From: Paragordius varius
Lineage: Eukaryota; Animalia; Nematomorpha
Direction of reading: 5' to 3'
Assembly (NCBI GenBank): GCA_964247055.1
Contig: OZ176057.1
Span: 5,828,001-5,892,000 of the forward strand
Length of the DNA stretch: 64,000 bases
Shown: in pieces, positions 26,947 to 38,805 of the stretch
How positions within the stretch are numbered: the first letter of the stretch is position 1
Layout: every line of letters starts with the position of its first letter
Translations under genes and position numbers: made by a program
The notes under the pieces: model-generated
Seen by the model: the letters and a program-made list of their open reading frames with translations, nothing else
What the model was told of the DNA's origin: nothing
Databases searched by the model: none

Positions 26947-27066
26947 ATATTTGGTAAAGAATGAAAAAAACAAGAGTTCTATGGTAATTCTTATATTTTT
27001 TTGATGAATGTGATAGATATCGTTAATACCATAGAGCTCTTGTTTTTTCCATTCTTTACCAAATAT
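26947..27066. repeat. Small foldback: 40-bp arms with 2 mismatches and a 40-nt loop
   Basis: atatttggtaaagaatgaaaaaaacaagagttctatggta (26947-26986) is inverted at 27027-27066; abuts the end of a MITE-B. Confidence 0.85.
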
Positions 27067-27713
27067 TTATATACCCACCCCATTTAACGAAACACAAAAT
27101 AAATTTTTGATAAAATTAAGGATACATGAATGTACTCTAAGTAAACTATATAACAGCGGATAAATTTTCATTAATATTTTTGGAGTTTTCCCAAAAATAA
27201 ACGTAAAAATGCTGAGATGATATGATTCGAGGTTTTGATATTACAGTAAAAATTGAAATTATACGGATAAATGGTAAAAATATAAAGACAAATATTTTTA
27301 TGTAAAAGACAAATCCATACTTTTTTAATCTTGATTTTTTCATAAATACTTTTTAGCTACAATTACAAAATATAGATTTGATTGGGTTAGTAATATCTCT
27401 ATTTAATATTTTACAGTTTAAAACAATGAGTTATATTGAAATAAAGCAAGATTTAAAATGTATGGTTGGTTGTGTTAAATAAAAAAATATTTGTTTTTTA
27501 AATTTTTTTCATTTTGTCCGTATAAATTTAATTTTTACTGTAATATTAAATAGTTTACGGATATTTTGTTAAAAATAAAATTTTGTAAATAATTTAAAAT
27601 ATCCACATAAAACTTTCTATATAATTCGTTGATGCAATATCTATTAATTCAAATGTGTTGTTTGACTTTAAATTTTAGCAAATTTTTTCGTAAAAAACTT
27701 AAATTATATTTAC

Positions 27714-30700
27714 TGAAGGTGAATAAATCATTTAGTTTAGTAAAATCTGAAGTTTTAAAAATGTATTAGATTACCCAAAGATTTGTAATATAAAGCGTTT
27801 TTATATTGTTTCCAACTTGTCTAAAAACTACTATAATATACGCTTTAACACAATTTCCTACAAAAATTTCCTGTATAATAGCAAGATATGCATTTTTCTA
27901 GCATATATATCTTTTATTTTCACATGTTGGCATTGTTTTTTAAAAAAATTCTTATTTACTGAGATAAATAATTATTTGGAACTTTCAGAGCTTACTGATT
28001 CAATTTTAAATTTAATAAAAATATAATGTTGCAACTTTGAACTGGAAAATATAATTTACAGGTTAATTAAAATGTTTATGAAGATTCTATACAATTATAA
28101 TAAAGGATATAAAGAACCATTTAAAAAACATGCAATGATTTAAATATTTTTGAATAGATTAAAGTTTGTGAACATTTAAAGCAAAGCATTTTGCAAAAAA
28201 ATAGGGTATATATTTAAGAAAATTTAGTTTTATAAAATATTTTAGCCCATATATACTTCATATATCCAGTAAAAATTAAAATTATACGGACAAAATGTAA
28301 AAATATAAAGACAAATTTTTTTAAAAAGGCAACCATACTTTTTAAAACCTTAATATATTCAATAAAAAACATTCAATAACAATCTTAAAATATATAATTG
28401 ATTGTGTTACCAATTTGAATTTCTATGTTGTACTTTGTAGTTTAAAACATTATAAATTAATCATATGGTTGTTTTTTTGAAAAAAAATATTTGTCCTTAT
28501 ATTTTCATGGTGTGTCCTTGCGTACAATTTCATTTTTTCCAGTATTTAATTTAAGGTTTTCCATGTGTTTTAAAAATTTATATATATATATATATATATA
28601 TAAATATTGACATCGATTATTTTAACATGCGATAAATATTTCAAAAAGTACTTAAAACTTTTTATTTTTTTAGGAATTAATTTTTATCTAAAAATATATA
28701 CCACCAAGTATGCTTTGTAAACTTTGGGCAAGCTGGGGATCTATATTAAAAAAATATTTTATATAAAATGCTTAAATAATCAAAATAAGTTTTGTTAAAA
28801 ATATATTTATGATGGATATGAAACTAACTTTGCAACAGAGGAGAAAGTGCTGGTAGCTTAGGTCCTAAATCTAAATATAAAATTTAAATTTTAAAGATGT
28901 AAAACGAAAAAAAAAGGCAACTCTTTTTTTCAAACGACAGCCAACCATATTATACATATATATATATATATATATACCTTATATTTTGTACAGTAAAATC
29001 TGAAAATATACGGACAAAACGTCAACATATAAAGACAAATATTTTTCGAAACCTTAATAATTAATTAATTTTAATCGTAAACTATTAATTTATTGTGCTA
29101 TCATTTCTATTTTATATTTTGCAGTTTAGAGTTATATTCATAAAAATAAGATTCAAAAAATGTGGTTGTTTTTTAGAAAAATGTATATGTCTTTATATTT
29201 TTATGTTTTCCCAATTGTCTATATAATTCAATTTTAACTCTAAAATATTTTAAAGAATTTCAATAAATTTTATAAAATGTCTATGTATTGATATGTCAAC
29301 GCATCTTTTAAAATAACACCCTGTGCCTGTAAAATGCATTTTTGCAAAAAATAGGTCACTAAATATTTTTTTCAACTTTATTGCCTTTGTGATAAGTGTT
29401 TTATATACAGAAGTGATTTTAAATTCCATCTAAAAAAAGTATTTAAAGAATTTAACAAAAATACCATTTACAATGCAAATTCACCCTAAAAATAAATTAT
29501 GTGTTTTCGGGCTGCTAATATAACTCATCATTAATATGAAATATGCCTTGATGGGATAGTCAATTATTTTTTCAGTATTATTTTGATTTAAACAAAATTT
29601 TATCTTTAAAAACTATATGAAAAAAAATAAGTATTTTTAAATCTTGAAAAACACTGGATTTATTTTAGAGTGAATTTGAATTGTTCATGGGGTGAATTTG
29701 AATGGTAAATGGTATAAATGGTAGCGTTACGAAGCCTAAATACAGTAAAAATGGAAATCATACAAACGAACCGTAAAAATATAAAGACAAATATTTTTTT
29801 CTAAAGAAAACCCTCAACTTTTTTAAACCTTAATTTTTCTTTTATAAGCTATTTAGTTACAATTGAAATATATAATTGATTGTGTTTTCAATTTATATCT
29901 CTATTTCATATTAAAAATCAAGATTTAAAAATATGAGCAGTTGTCTTTTAGAAAAAAATATTTGTCTTTACATTTTTACACATTGTCCGTATAATTTCAA
30001 TTTTTCCTTCCTCTATGTCGTCTATGCCATTAAAATTATTATAAATTGGATTGGGTAGGGTTATAAAAATATAAATTATAAATTTATAGATGTAAAAATT
30101 TAAAAATATTTTGAAAAAAACTTTAAAAATTATTTTTATTTTTACAAAACAATTTTATAAATACCTTGCGGTTGATTGACCACTTGTTTTTGTTGCAAAA
30201 TGTGTTGCAAATATTGAGAAACTATAACATTAAATTATAAAATGTTTTATTTATTAACCAATATTTCTATTTAAAAAAATGTTTTATTAACCAATATATC
30301 TAATTTTTTTGAATAAAAAAAAATGTTAAATAAATTCTGCATATATTCATGACCATGAGATTGATTCAAAAATAGCCAATTTTTTGTTAATTCCAAAGAT
30401 GATCTCAAAATAAAATATACTTTTTAGCTATAATTTAGCCCTTGGAAATATATTTAACACTTCGATTCAAATTGGGGTATCTAAATACCCAGACTAAATT
30501 TAAATTATTATTTTTAAAAAACTACTGAAGGAAACGGTCCCAATTAAAATTTATGCTTCTATCCTGATAAAAATTATATAAATATGCCAAAAAATCTTGA
30601 TAAAATTTTGGTTTAAAAAAAAGTCCATCTCAAACTCCTTCGACGCCATTTTTATTTTACAAAATTTTTGTTAAATATCGTCTTTATTTAATTTTAAGGG

Positions 30701-33700
30701 TAAAACTTAAGCTAATTTTTTATATAAATTACCTCTAACATTCATAGAAATAGGAAAAGCGGTTTAGTTTGTATAATTTTTCAATTTTACAATTTGATAC
30801 ATGTCACGTTGACGAAATTTTACCTTTCGGTTTTAGCTTAAAATAAGTATTATCAAGTATTTTTGAATAAAATTTTTTATATATTTCGGTTTATTAATGT
30901 TAGATAAGTGCAAAATTTTGCCATGGTTTCGATTCCTTCTATATTTTTTAAAAAATTTAATTTTTAACAGGCCTGGGGTATCCAACTACCCCAATTTGAA
31001 TCGAAGGACTAAAATGAGTGTGTTGTATCCAAGTGTTAAACAAAAAAATAGTTAATATTTAAAGAATTTTAATATTTAAAAATAATTTAGTTTAGTAATT
31101 ATTATCAAAAATTTATATATTATTTTTTAAAAAAACAATATCTAATTACAACCATAAAATATAATAGCTCTATTAATTCTTAAATTTATTTTTATATTTA
31201 GAAAATAATATGGGTGACTTTCTTGTAAAAAAAAGTTCTGTCTTTTTCTATTTAAATTTTTGTCCGTATAAATGCAGTAAAAATTGAAATTATACAGCTG
31301 ACAAAAGGTAAAAACATAAAGACAAATATTTTTTTGTAAAAGACAACCCCATACTTTTTAATACCTTAATGTTTTCCATATAAGCTACTTAGTTACAATC
31401 GGAAAATATATAAACTATATTTCTATTCTATACTTTGGACTTTAAAACAATTTGTTATGTAATTAAAATAAAAACGATTCAAAAAGTATGGTTGGTTGTG
31501 TTTTTTAGAAAAAAGAATTTGTCTTTATTTTTTTACGTTTTGTCGGTATAATTTTAATTTTTACTGCATATATTAATTTATAAGAATTTACTAGTTTGTC
31601 CAGGGATTGGCTTGGAATCCAATGATGCTAAATTTATACATTTTTATATTATTTAGCAATTTTTCAAAAAAAAATTAAATATGGGCATAGATGAAATCTA
31701 AAGTTTTAATGTTGATAATATTTGATTCGGAAGCGTATAGTAAGATTGTTAATTATAAAAGTTATTAAATAAAAATAGTACTAAAGTTTTTATTATCCTA
31801 CATTTTATAGCACAAAAACATATTTTTATAATATCCGATAAAAATTTTTATCAGGTAACAAGGGTAATTTAAAAGTCATTCTAAAAAAAATTACATTAAT
31901 AAACCATTTACAGATCAAATTCCCCCTTGAAAATTCAAATTCCCCCTTGAACAATTCAAATTAACCCTTGGGCAATTGAAACACCCTAAAATAAATTATA
32001 CGTTTTTTAAAATTAAAAATTACTTATATATATATTTTGATATTTTTAAAAAAGGAAATTTTGTCTAAAATAATTACAATACACTGAAAAAATAAACTAT
32101 GCCATAAGAATATATTTTATATTAATGATGAGTAGTTATATTAGCTGCCCGAAAACACTTAATTTATTTTTAGGCTGAATTTAAATTGTTCAAGGGTCAA
32201 ATTTGAATTATTCAAGGGTAAATTTAAATTGTTCAAGGGTGAAATTTAAATTGTAAATGGTATATATATATATATATATATTTATATATAGATGTATTTT
32301 ACCTTGAGAATTCTGGATTTTCATCAACAATTGTTGAAGTTGATTTACTAAAAGTTTCCACAAAAAATAATTACAGGAAAAATTACTATATAACTAAACA
32401 AAGAAAAAAAACTAAAATTATTTATTTTAACTCAATGACACGATTAGATTGGAAAAAATTAAGATTTAATAATGTCGTTTTTATAAAATTGTCTTTCTTT
32501 GAGTTTCTGAATACCAGTATGAGTAAGTATATATTGCTAGAAAGTTATTAATTATTGCTAAATAACATATGCAGCAAAGAATTGTTATTGGCGAATAAAA
32601 TAGTAAAAAGTGAAAAAATAATTGTACACCCTTGAACAATTCAGATTCACCCTAAAAATAGATTGTGTGTTTTCGATATAACTCATAATTAATATATAAA
32701 TAGATCTTTTTGGCATAGTTAATTATTTTTTACATAAATTATTTTAGAATAAATTTGAGTTGTTCAGGGGTGAATTTGAATTATTCGAGGGTTAATTTGA
32801 ATTGTTTAAGGGTGAATTTGAACTATCAATGGTATGTATATAATGCTAGAAAGTTATTAATAATTGCTAAATAACATATATATATATATATATAGCAATG
32901 AGATTTATTATTGGTGCATATAGGAATAGTAAAAAGGGAAAAAAATAACTATATAAGCCAATAAAACTGCCCTTTGTTTTATATGCTCTATTTGGCAATT
33001 GGAATTAAGAATAATTTTCTAGCAATGTTGTATACTTACTCATATACCATTTACAATTCTAATTCACCCTTGAACAATTCAAATTCACCCTTGAACAATT
33101 CAAATTCACCCTTGAACAATTCAAATTAGCCCTCAAATTAAATATTTGCTTTTTAAGATTAAAAATTACCATAATTTTTATATATTTTTAAAAAGTAAAA
33201 ATTTTGTTTAAATTAAAATAATACTGAAAAATGATAAACTATAACATAAACATATATTTCATATTAATAATGAGTTATATTAGTTTGAAAATACATAAAT
33301 TTTTTTAGGTTGAATTTGAATTATTTGAATTGTTTAAAGGTGAATTTGAATTGTTCAAGGGTGAATTTGAATTGTTCAAGGGTGAATTTGAACGTAAATG
33401 GTATACTATAATTTCAATTTTTACTGTAAATGCATAATAAATTTTAGGAATTACCATTCATCTGTTCTGTCTGCGGTTTGGGTTCCATATCTAAATTTTA
33501 TTGATTATATTTATATTATTTGAACTAATAAAGTTAAATATTAATAAAATTAAATTGGATTTCCAAATCACAATACCTTGGTCCAAGTTTTGTTTAATAA
33601 TATCTAAAAAAATTTACACAGTAATATTTGAAATTATACGGGGACGGACAAAACGTAAAAAAATATATAGACAAATATTTTTATTTAAAAGACTAACAAC

Positions 33701-33782
33701 CCCATATACTTTTTAAAATCTTAATTTTTCACATTAATAGTTATTTAATTACCATTGTAAAATATAGGATTGATTGTGTTAG

Positions 33783-33821
<39 letters not shown>

Positions 33822-36713
33822 TTCATAATTTGCCATTTAAAACAATATTGAAATTAAATCTCAAGGTTTAAAAAGTATGGGGTTGTCATTTAGAAAAAAA
33901 TATTTGTCTTTATATTTTTACGTTTTTTGTCCGTATAATTTCAGTTTTTACTGTATATTATAAAATTTATAAATGATATAAACTATTTGATTTACTATAC
34001 CATTCACAATTTAAATTCATCACCTTAAAAGTTAATTATGTGTTTTCGGGCAGCTAATATAACTCACATTATTAATATAAAATATATCTTTAAGGCTTAA
34101 TTTCTTTATTATTTTAATTACAAACAAAATTTTTAGAAATATAAAAAAATTAGTTTATTTTAAGGGTGAATTAGAATTGTTCAAGGGTGTGAATTTAAAG
34201 TGTAAATGGTATATATTATATGAAAAAATTCAAAACTTTTTTTAACAAAATCTTACCCATCAGATAATTTACGAAGGCCTTCTTTTCGTCTTCTAAAACA
34301 CAAATATATGTTTCAATTGCGCAATATAAATAAATTGAATAATTTTTTACGGATAATTAAATTATACTTGTTTTAAATTTCTCCTCTAAAAAGTCATCAA
34401 ACTCTTGAAAATGTTCTAAATCATTATCGGAGATTGATTGTTGAGTTTGCATTGTTTGAGGTTCCATAGAATCCCTAGGAGCAGATGGCGCATTTTCTAT
34501 GGGGGGTGGGGGTCCTAATTTTTATGATCAAATTTTTTTTTATCCAAAATATTAGAAAAAAAAACATTTTAAAAAGCTAATTTTTTATGATCAAATTTGA
34601 CTTTTTTTTCGTTAAAATCAGTCGTAGTACTCTTTAAGGTGTATTGATCAGTATTTCACAGTAAAAATTGAAATTATATACTACGGACAAAACGTAAAAT
34701 ATAAAGACAAAAATTTTTATCTAAATTCTTAGCGATTTACTAAATTATCATTGATTGTGTTACCAATATACGTCTCTATTTTATAATTTACAGTTCAAAA
34801 CAATGAGTTATATTTAAAAATAATTGAGTCTAAAAAGTATGGTTTTAGAAAAAAAATTTGTTCTTAAATTTTTACGTTTTGTCCGTATATTTTAAGTTTT
34901 ACTGCATTATAAAATAATATTTAATTTAATAATAATTTTTTTTTATCCAAAATTAAAAAAAAACACTTTAAAAAGCTAATTTTTTAATTAGAGAGTTTTT
35001 TCGTTAAAATCATATTCTTTAAGGCGTATTTATCAGTATTTCACAGTAGAATTTGAAATTTTATAGGGACAAACAAAACTTAAAAATTTAGGGACACATA
35101 TTTTTTATTTAAAAGAAAAGCATACTTTTTTGAAACTTAAGTTTTCACTTATGAATTATTTAATTAGACGTATAATGGATTGATTCTTTTAAATAAAATA
35201 TTTGCCTTAATATTATTTTTGAGTTTTGTCCGTAAAATTTCGTTTTTTATTTTACTCTCTTGATTAACAAATACTTTTTTATACTAGCCCCTTCTTTTAT
35301 TATCAATTGTAAAAATTGAAATTATATAGTGACAAACAAAACTTAAAAATATAAAGACAAATATTTGTTTTTTTAAAAGACAACAAGCCCATACTTTTTA
35401 TAAACGTTGATTTTTTTAAATTATAACTCATGGTTTTAAACTACAAAGTTGAAATCGATATGTATATCGATAAAACAATCTCAATTATATATACCATTTA
35501 CAGTTCAAATTCACCCTTGAACAATTCAAATTCACCCTCGAACAATTCAAATTCACCCTCGAACAATTCAAATTCACCCTTGAACAATTCAAATCGACCC
35601 TATAAATAAATTATGTATTTTCGAACTAATATAACTCATTATTAATATGAAATATATGTTTATGTTATAGTTTATTATTTTTTCAGTATTATTTTAATTT
35701 AAAACAAAATTTTTATTTTTTAAAAATATAAAAAAATATTGGTAATTTTTAATCTTAAAAAGCATATATTTTATTTGAGGGTGAATTTGAATTATTCAAG
35801 GGTGAATTTGAATTGTTAAAGGGTGAATTTGAATTGTTCAATGGTGAATTTAAAATGTAAATGGTATATTTTAAAATTGTTGTAATTATATAATTTATTC
35901 TAGAAAAATTAAGGTTTATTTAAAAAAGTATGGGGTTGTCTTTTTAGTAAAAAAATATATTTGTCTTTATATTTTAACCTTTTGTCCGTATAATTTCAAT
36001 TTTTACTGTAAGATTAAGTTTAGTTTAACTTTTCTAATATCTTTTTTATTATAAATTAGAATAATTATTCTTATGGGTGAACTAATCGAAATACTTACAA
36101 AGACAAGTTGAAACAATATTTAACAAAAGATATCTGGTTCAAAACTTAAAATTTTAAATATTTTATAAAACGAAATATAAAATAAATATATACGTTCAAA
36201 TAGCTTTTTAACTGCTTCCTCAATGAATCCTGTATAAAATTAATATATAATTATAAATAATTATTTTAAATTATATATTATAATATAAATTATTTTACTA
36301 TTTTCTACAGCATCTGTATTATATAAAAAAATTAAATAATTTATATCTAAATATATACCATTCACAATTCAAATTCACCCTTGAACAATTCAAATTTACC
36401 CTTGTAAAATAAATTATGTGTTTTCGGGCTAATATAACTCATCATTAATAAGTAATTTATTCTTATGGCATAGTTTATTATATATTAATTTTAAACGTAA
36501 TTACCCTTTTGTAAAATATAAAAAAATATAGGTGATTTTCAATCTTAAAAAACAGATAAATTTTAGGATGAATTTGAATTTTTCACAAGGGAAATTTGAA
36601 TCGAGGGTGATTTGAACTGTAAATGGTATATTTGTTAATTAATAAAAAAATTATCAACATACCTTTTAAACTTGTCATCAATTTCGTTATATAGTCAAAC
36701 ACTAAATCAAATA

Positions 36714-36754
<41 letters not shown>

Positions 36755-38805
36755 AAAAATATATAATATATTTAAAAAATTAATTTAAACTTAAATATTT
36801 ACGTGTGTAAATAATTAATTTTTTAGCAAGTTAGTTTATTTCAAAAAAGATATCACGTTTTTCAAATATATGGTGGTCTCCCAAACACTTTTAATCGTTT
36901 GCTTTTTATTTTTTCTGTTTTACTCTTTACAAATTATAATTTTTACAGTGCGTTTATGTGTTTAATATTTTCTGTTTAATTAAGCTCTCTTTACTTTTTA
37001 TGTTTTTGCTCCTTATAAATTTAATTTTTACTGTATTTATACTTCAAAAAAGGGGTGTTTAATATGCGGCCTAGTAAAATAGTACTTTGGCCCACGAGAA
37101 ATTTCAATTACAAAATTACTAAGAAATGGAGGTAAAATTTTTTTGTTAAACAAATCTACCCATATTTCAGCAATGAACTAGCGAAAAAAATGTTAAAATA
37201 AACAGTATGTTTTACAATCTTACATACCATTTACAGTTCAAATTCACCCTCAAACAATTCGAATTCATCCTTGAACAATTTATATTCACCCTAAAAATAT
37301 ATTTTGTTTTCAATCTAACATAACTCATTATTAATATGAAATATCCTTTTACCACATAGTTTTTATTATTTTTTCAGCAGTATATTAGTTTTAAATATAA
37401 GTTCATATTTTAAAAATATTAAAAAATAAAGGTAATTTTTAATTATCAAAAACACATAATTTATTTTAGGGTAAATTTGAATTGTTCAAGGGGGTGAATT
37501 CGAATTGTTCAAGGGTGAATTTGAACTGTAAATGGTATATTTGGCGCCAACTGCCGTATTTTGTAGGATACCTACCCCTGCCTTAAATCATATTAAATTT
37601 TTAAAATCAAACTTTTTGTAAAAAATTCTTTTTGCTTTTTTGAATGTCCATTGGGCGGTGCGCATTCATATGAATCGCTTTCATATTCATCAACGTTGTA
37701 ATATGCTGGACTACAGCCTATACATAATAAATATCCAAAAAAATATTTAGATTAGATTATAAATTATATAAAAGTGTTGTAGAAATTTTAATAGCCGACA
37801 AGTAAAAATATAAAAAGACAAACATTTTTGCTTTTTAAAAGGAACAACTGGTGTACTTACTCTTTTTTAAAACTTGATTTTTCGATTTATGTTGGTTAAT
37901 TGGTAATACACATCAGCGTATGTTTAGAAATATACAGTTAAAATTACAATTATACGGACAAAACGTAATAAATAAAGACAAATTTTTTCTCTCAAAAGAC
38001 AACCATATTTTTTAAACCTTAATTTATTTAAAAAGGATCTCATTTAAATAAAATCGTCAAATACATAATTGATTGTGCTACCAATTTATACATGTCTATT
38101 ATATACTTTGCAGTATAAAACATTGATGAGTTCAATTTAAAAAGTATAGGGTTGTCTTTTAGAAAAAAATATTTTTACTTTTTGTCCGTATAATATAATT
38201 TTTTACTGTATTTTGCCCTTAATTAATAAAACAATTGTAATGTTATAGGGTTGGATAAAATGTTTAATTTTAGCCATTTGTTGTTTTTACCCATACCCAA
38301 CTGTATTACCAATTACTTAATTATTTATATAATAAAAATTTCAAGGTTTAAAAAGTATCTGGTTGTCTTTTGAAAATAATATTTGTCTTTATATTTTACG
38401 TTTTGTCCCACTATAATTTGAACGAATATAATATCTAGATTTTCCAGCATCATACTACACCCCTCCAGAAATAAAAGAAGCATAAAAATATCTGAAAAAT
38501 AATTTAAAAAAAAAACTAACAAAGAATTTTAAAATACTTAAAAAGTTATTTTAAAAGTAAGTGATAATTTAAATATTTTTCTTTTAAACTTAAATATTTT
38601 TATCATTTCAATTAAACTTAACTATAAATATACAATTACCTGGGCGAGATTCAACCAAATCTAATACATTAAAAATATGACATTTAAGTATAAAAAAATT
38701 AATTTTTATAAGTCAGCAATATTTTTTTAAAAAAAATTATTTACCATGTTTCGTGACAACACAAATCAAGAACAAACTCCAAAGTAGTATTGAGATTGAT
38801 TTCAT
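27714..38805 (-). CDS. Secreted Gln/Leu/acidic-rich protein encoded by phase-1 symmetric mini/micro-exons (micro-exon gene B), at least about 249 aa; 3' end unresolved
   Basis: Hand-spliced AG/GT exons: 38805-38745 (signal), 38660-38640 (21), 37717-37613 (105), 37581-37576 (6, tentative), 36701-36663 (39), 36313-36299 (15), 36229-36194 (36), 34514-34368 (147), 34292-34257 (36), 33490-33455 (36), 32347-32303 (45), 31627-31592 (36), 30221-30165 (57), 28864-28829 (36; alternative in-frame AG gives 42), 28740-28702 (39), 27746-27714 (33). Joined: MKSISILLWSLFLICVVTKHDLVESRPGCSPAYYNVDEYESDSYECAPPNGHSKKQKEFFTKSRVFDYITKLMTSLKDAVENRFIEEAVKKLFERPPPPIENAPSAPRDSMEPQTMQTQQSISDNDLEHFQEFDDFLEEKFKTKDEKKAFVNYLMDMEPKPQTEQMNVNQLQQLLMKIQNSQASLDSKPIPGQTISQYLQHILQQKQVVNQPQGPKLPALSPLLQNPQLAQSLQSILGDFTKLNDLFTF. 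The exons are GC-richer than their flanks. Confidence 0.72.
30458..31035 (+). mobile_element. Non-autonomous piggyBac-like element, copy 2
   Basis: TTAA at 30454-30457 and 31036-31039; CACTT...AAGTG ends; internal copy of the left-end motif inverted near 30986-31007. Confidence 0.82.
35309..36007. mobile_element. MITE-A with nested MITE-B (35494-35864)
   Basis: The MITE-A left and right halves are separated by a complete TA-flanked MITE-B. Confidence 0.85.
37227..37535. mobile_element. MITE family B copy in an intron of micro-exon gene B
   Basis: TA-CCATTTACAGTTC...GAACTGTAAATGG-TA. Confidence 0.88.

Noticed and set aside
31691-31745. Plus-strand MKSKVLMLIIFDSEAY|GTAAGA, a possible signal exon
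   Set aside because: The hydrophobic core is too short, no downstream partner exon was found, and it is antisense within a gene B intron.
35510-35600. GAA/TTC dyads in MITE-B resembling heat-shock elements
   Set aside because: The spacing is GAA-3 nt-TTC rather than the nGAAnnTTCn of an HSE; better explained as transposon subterminal repeats.
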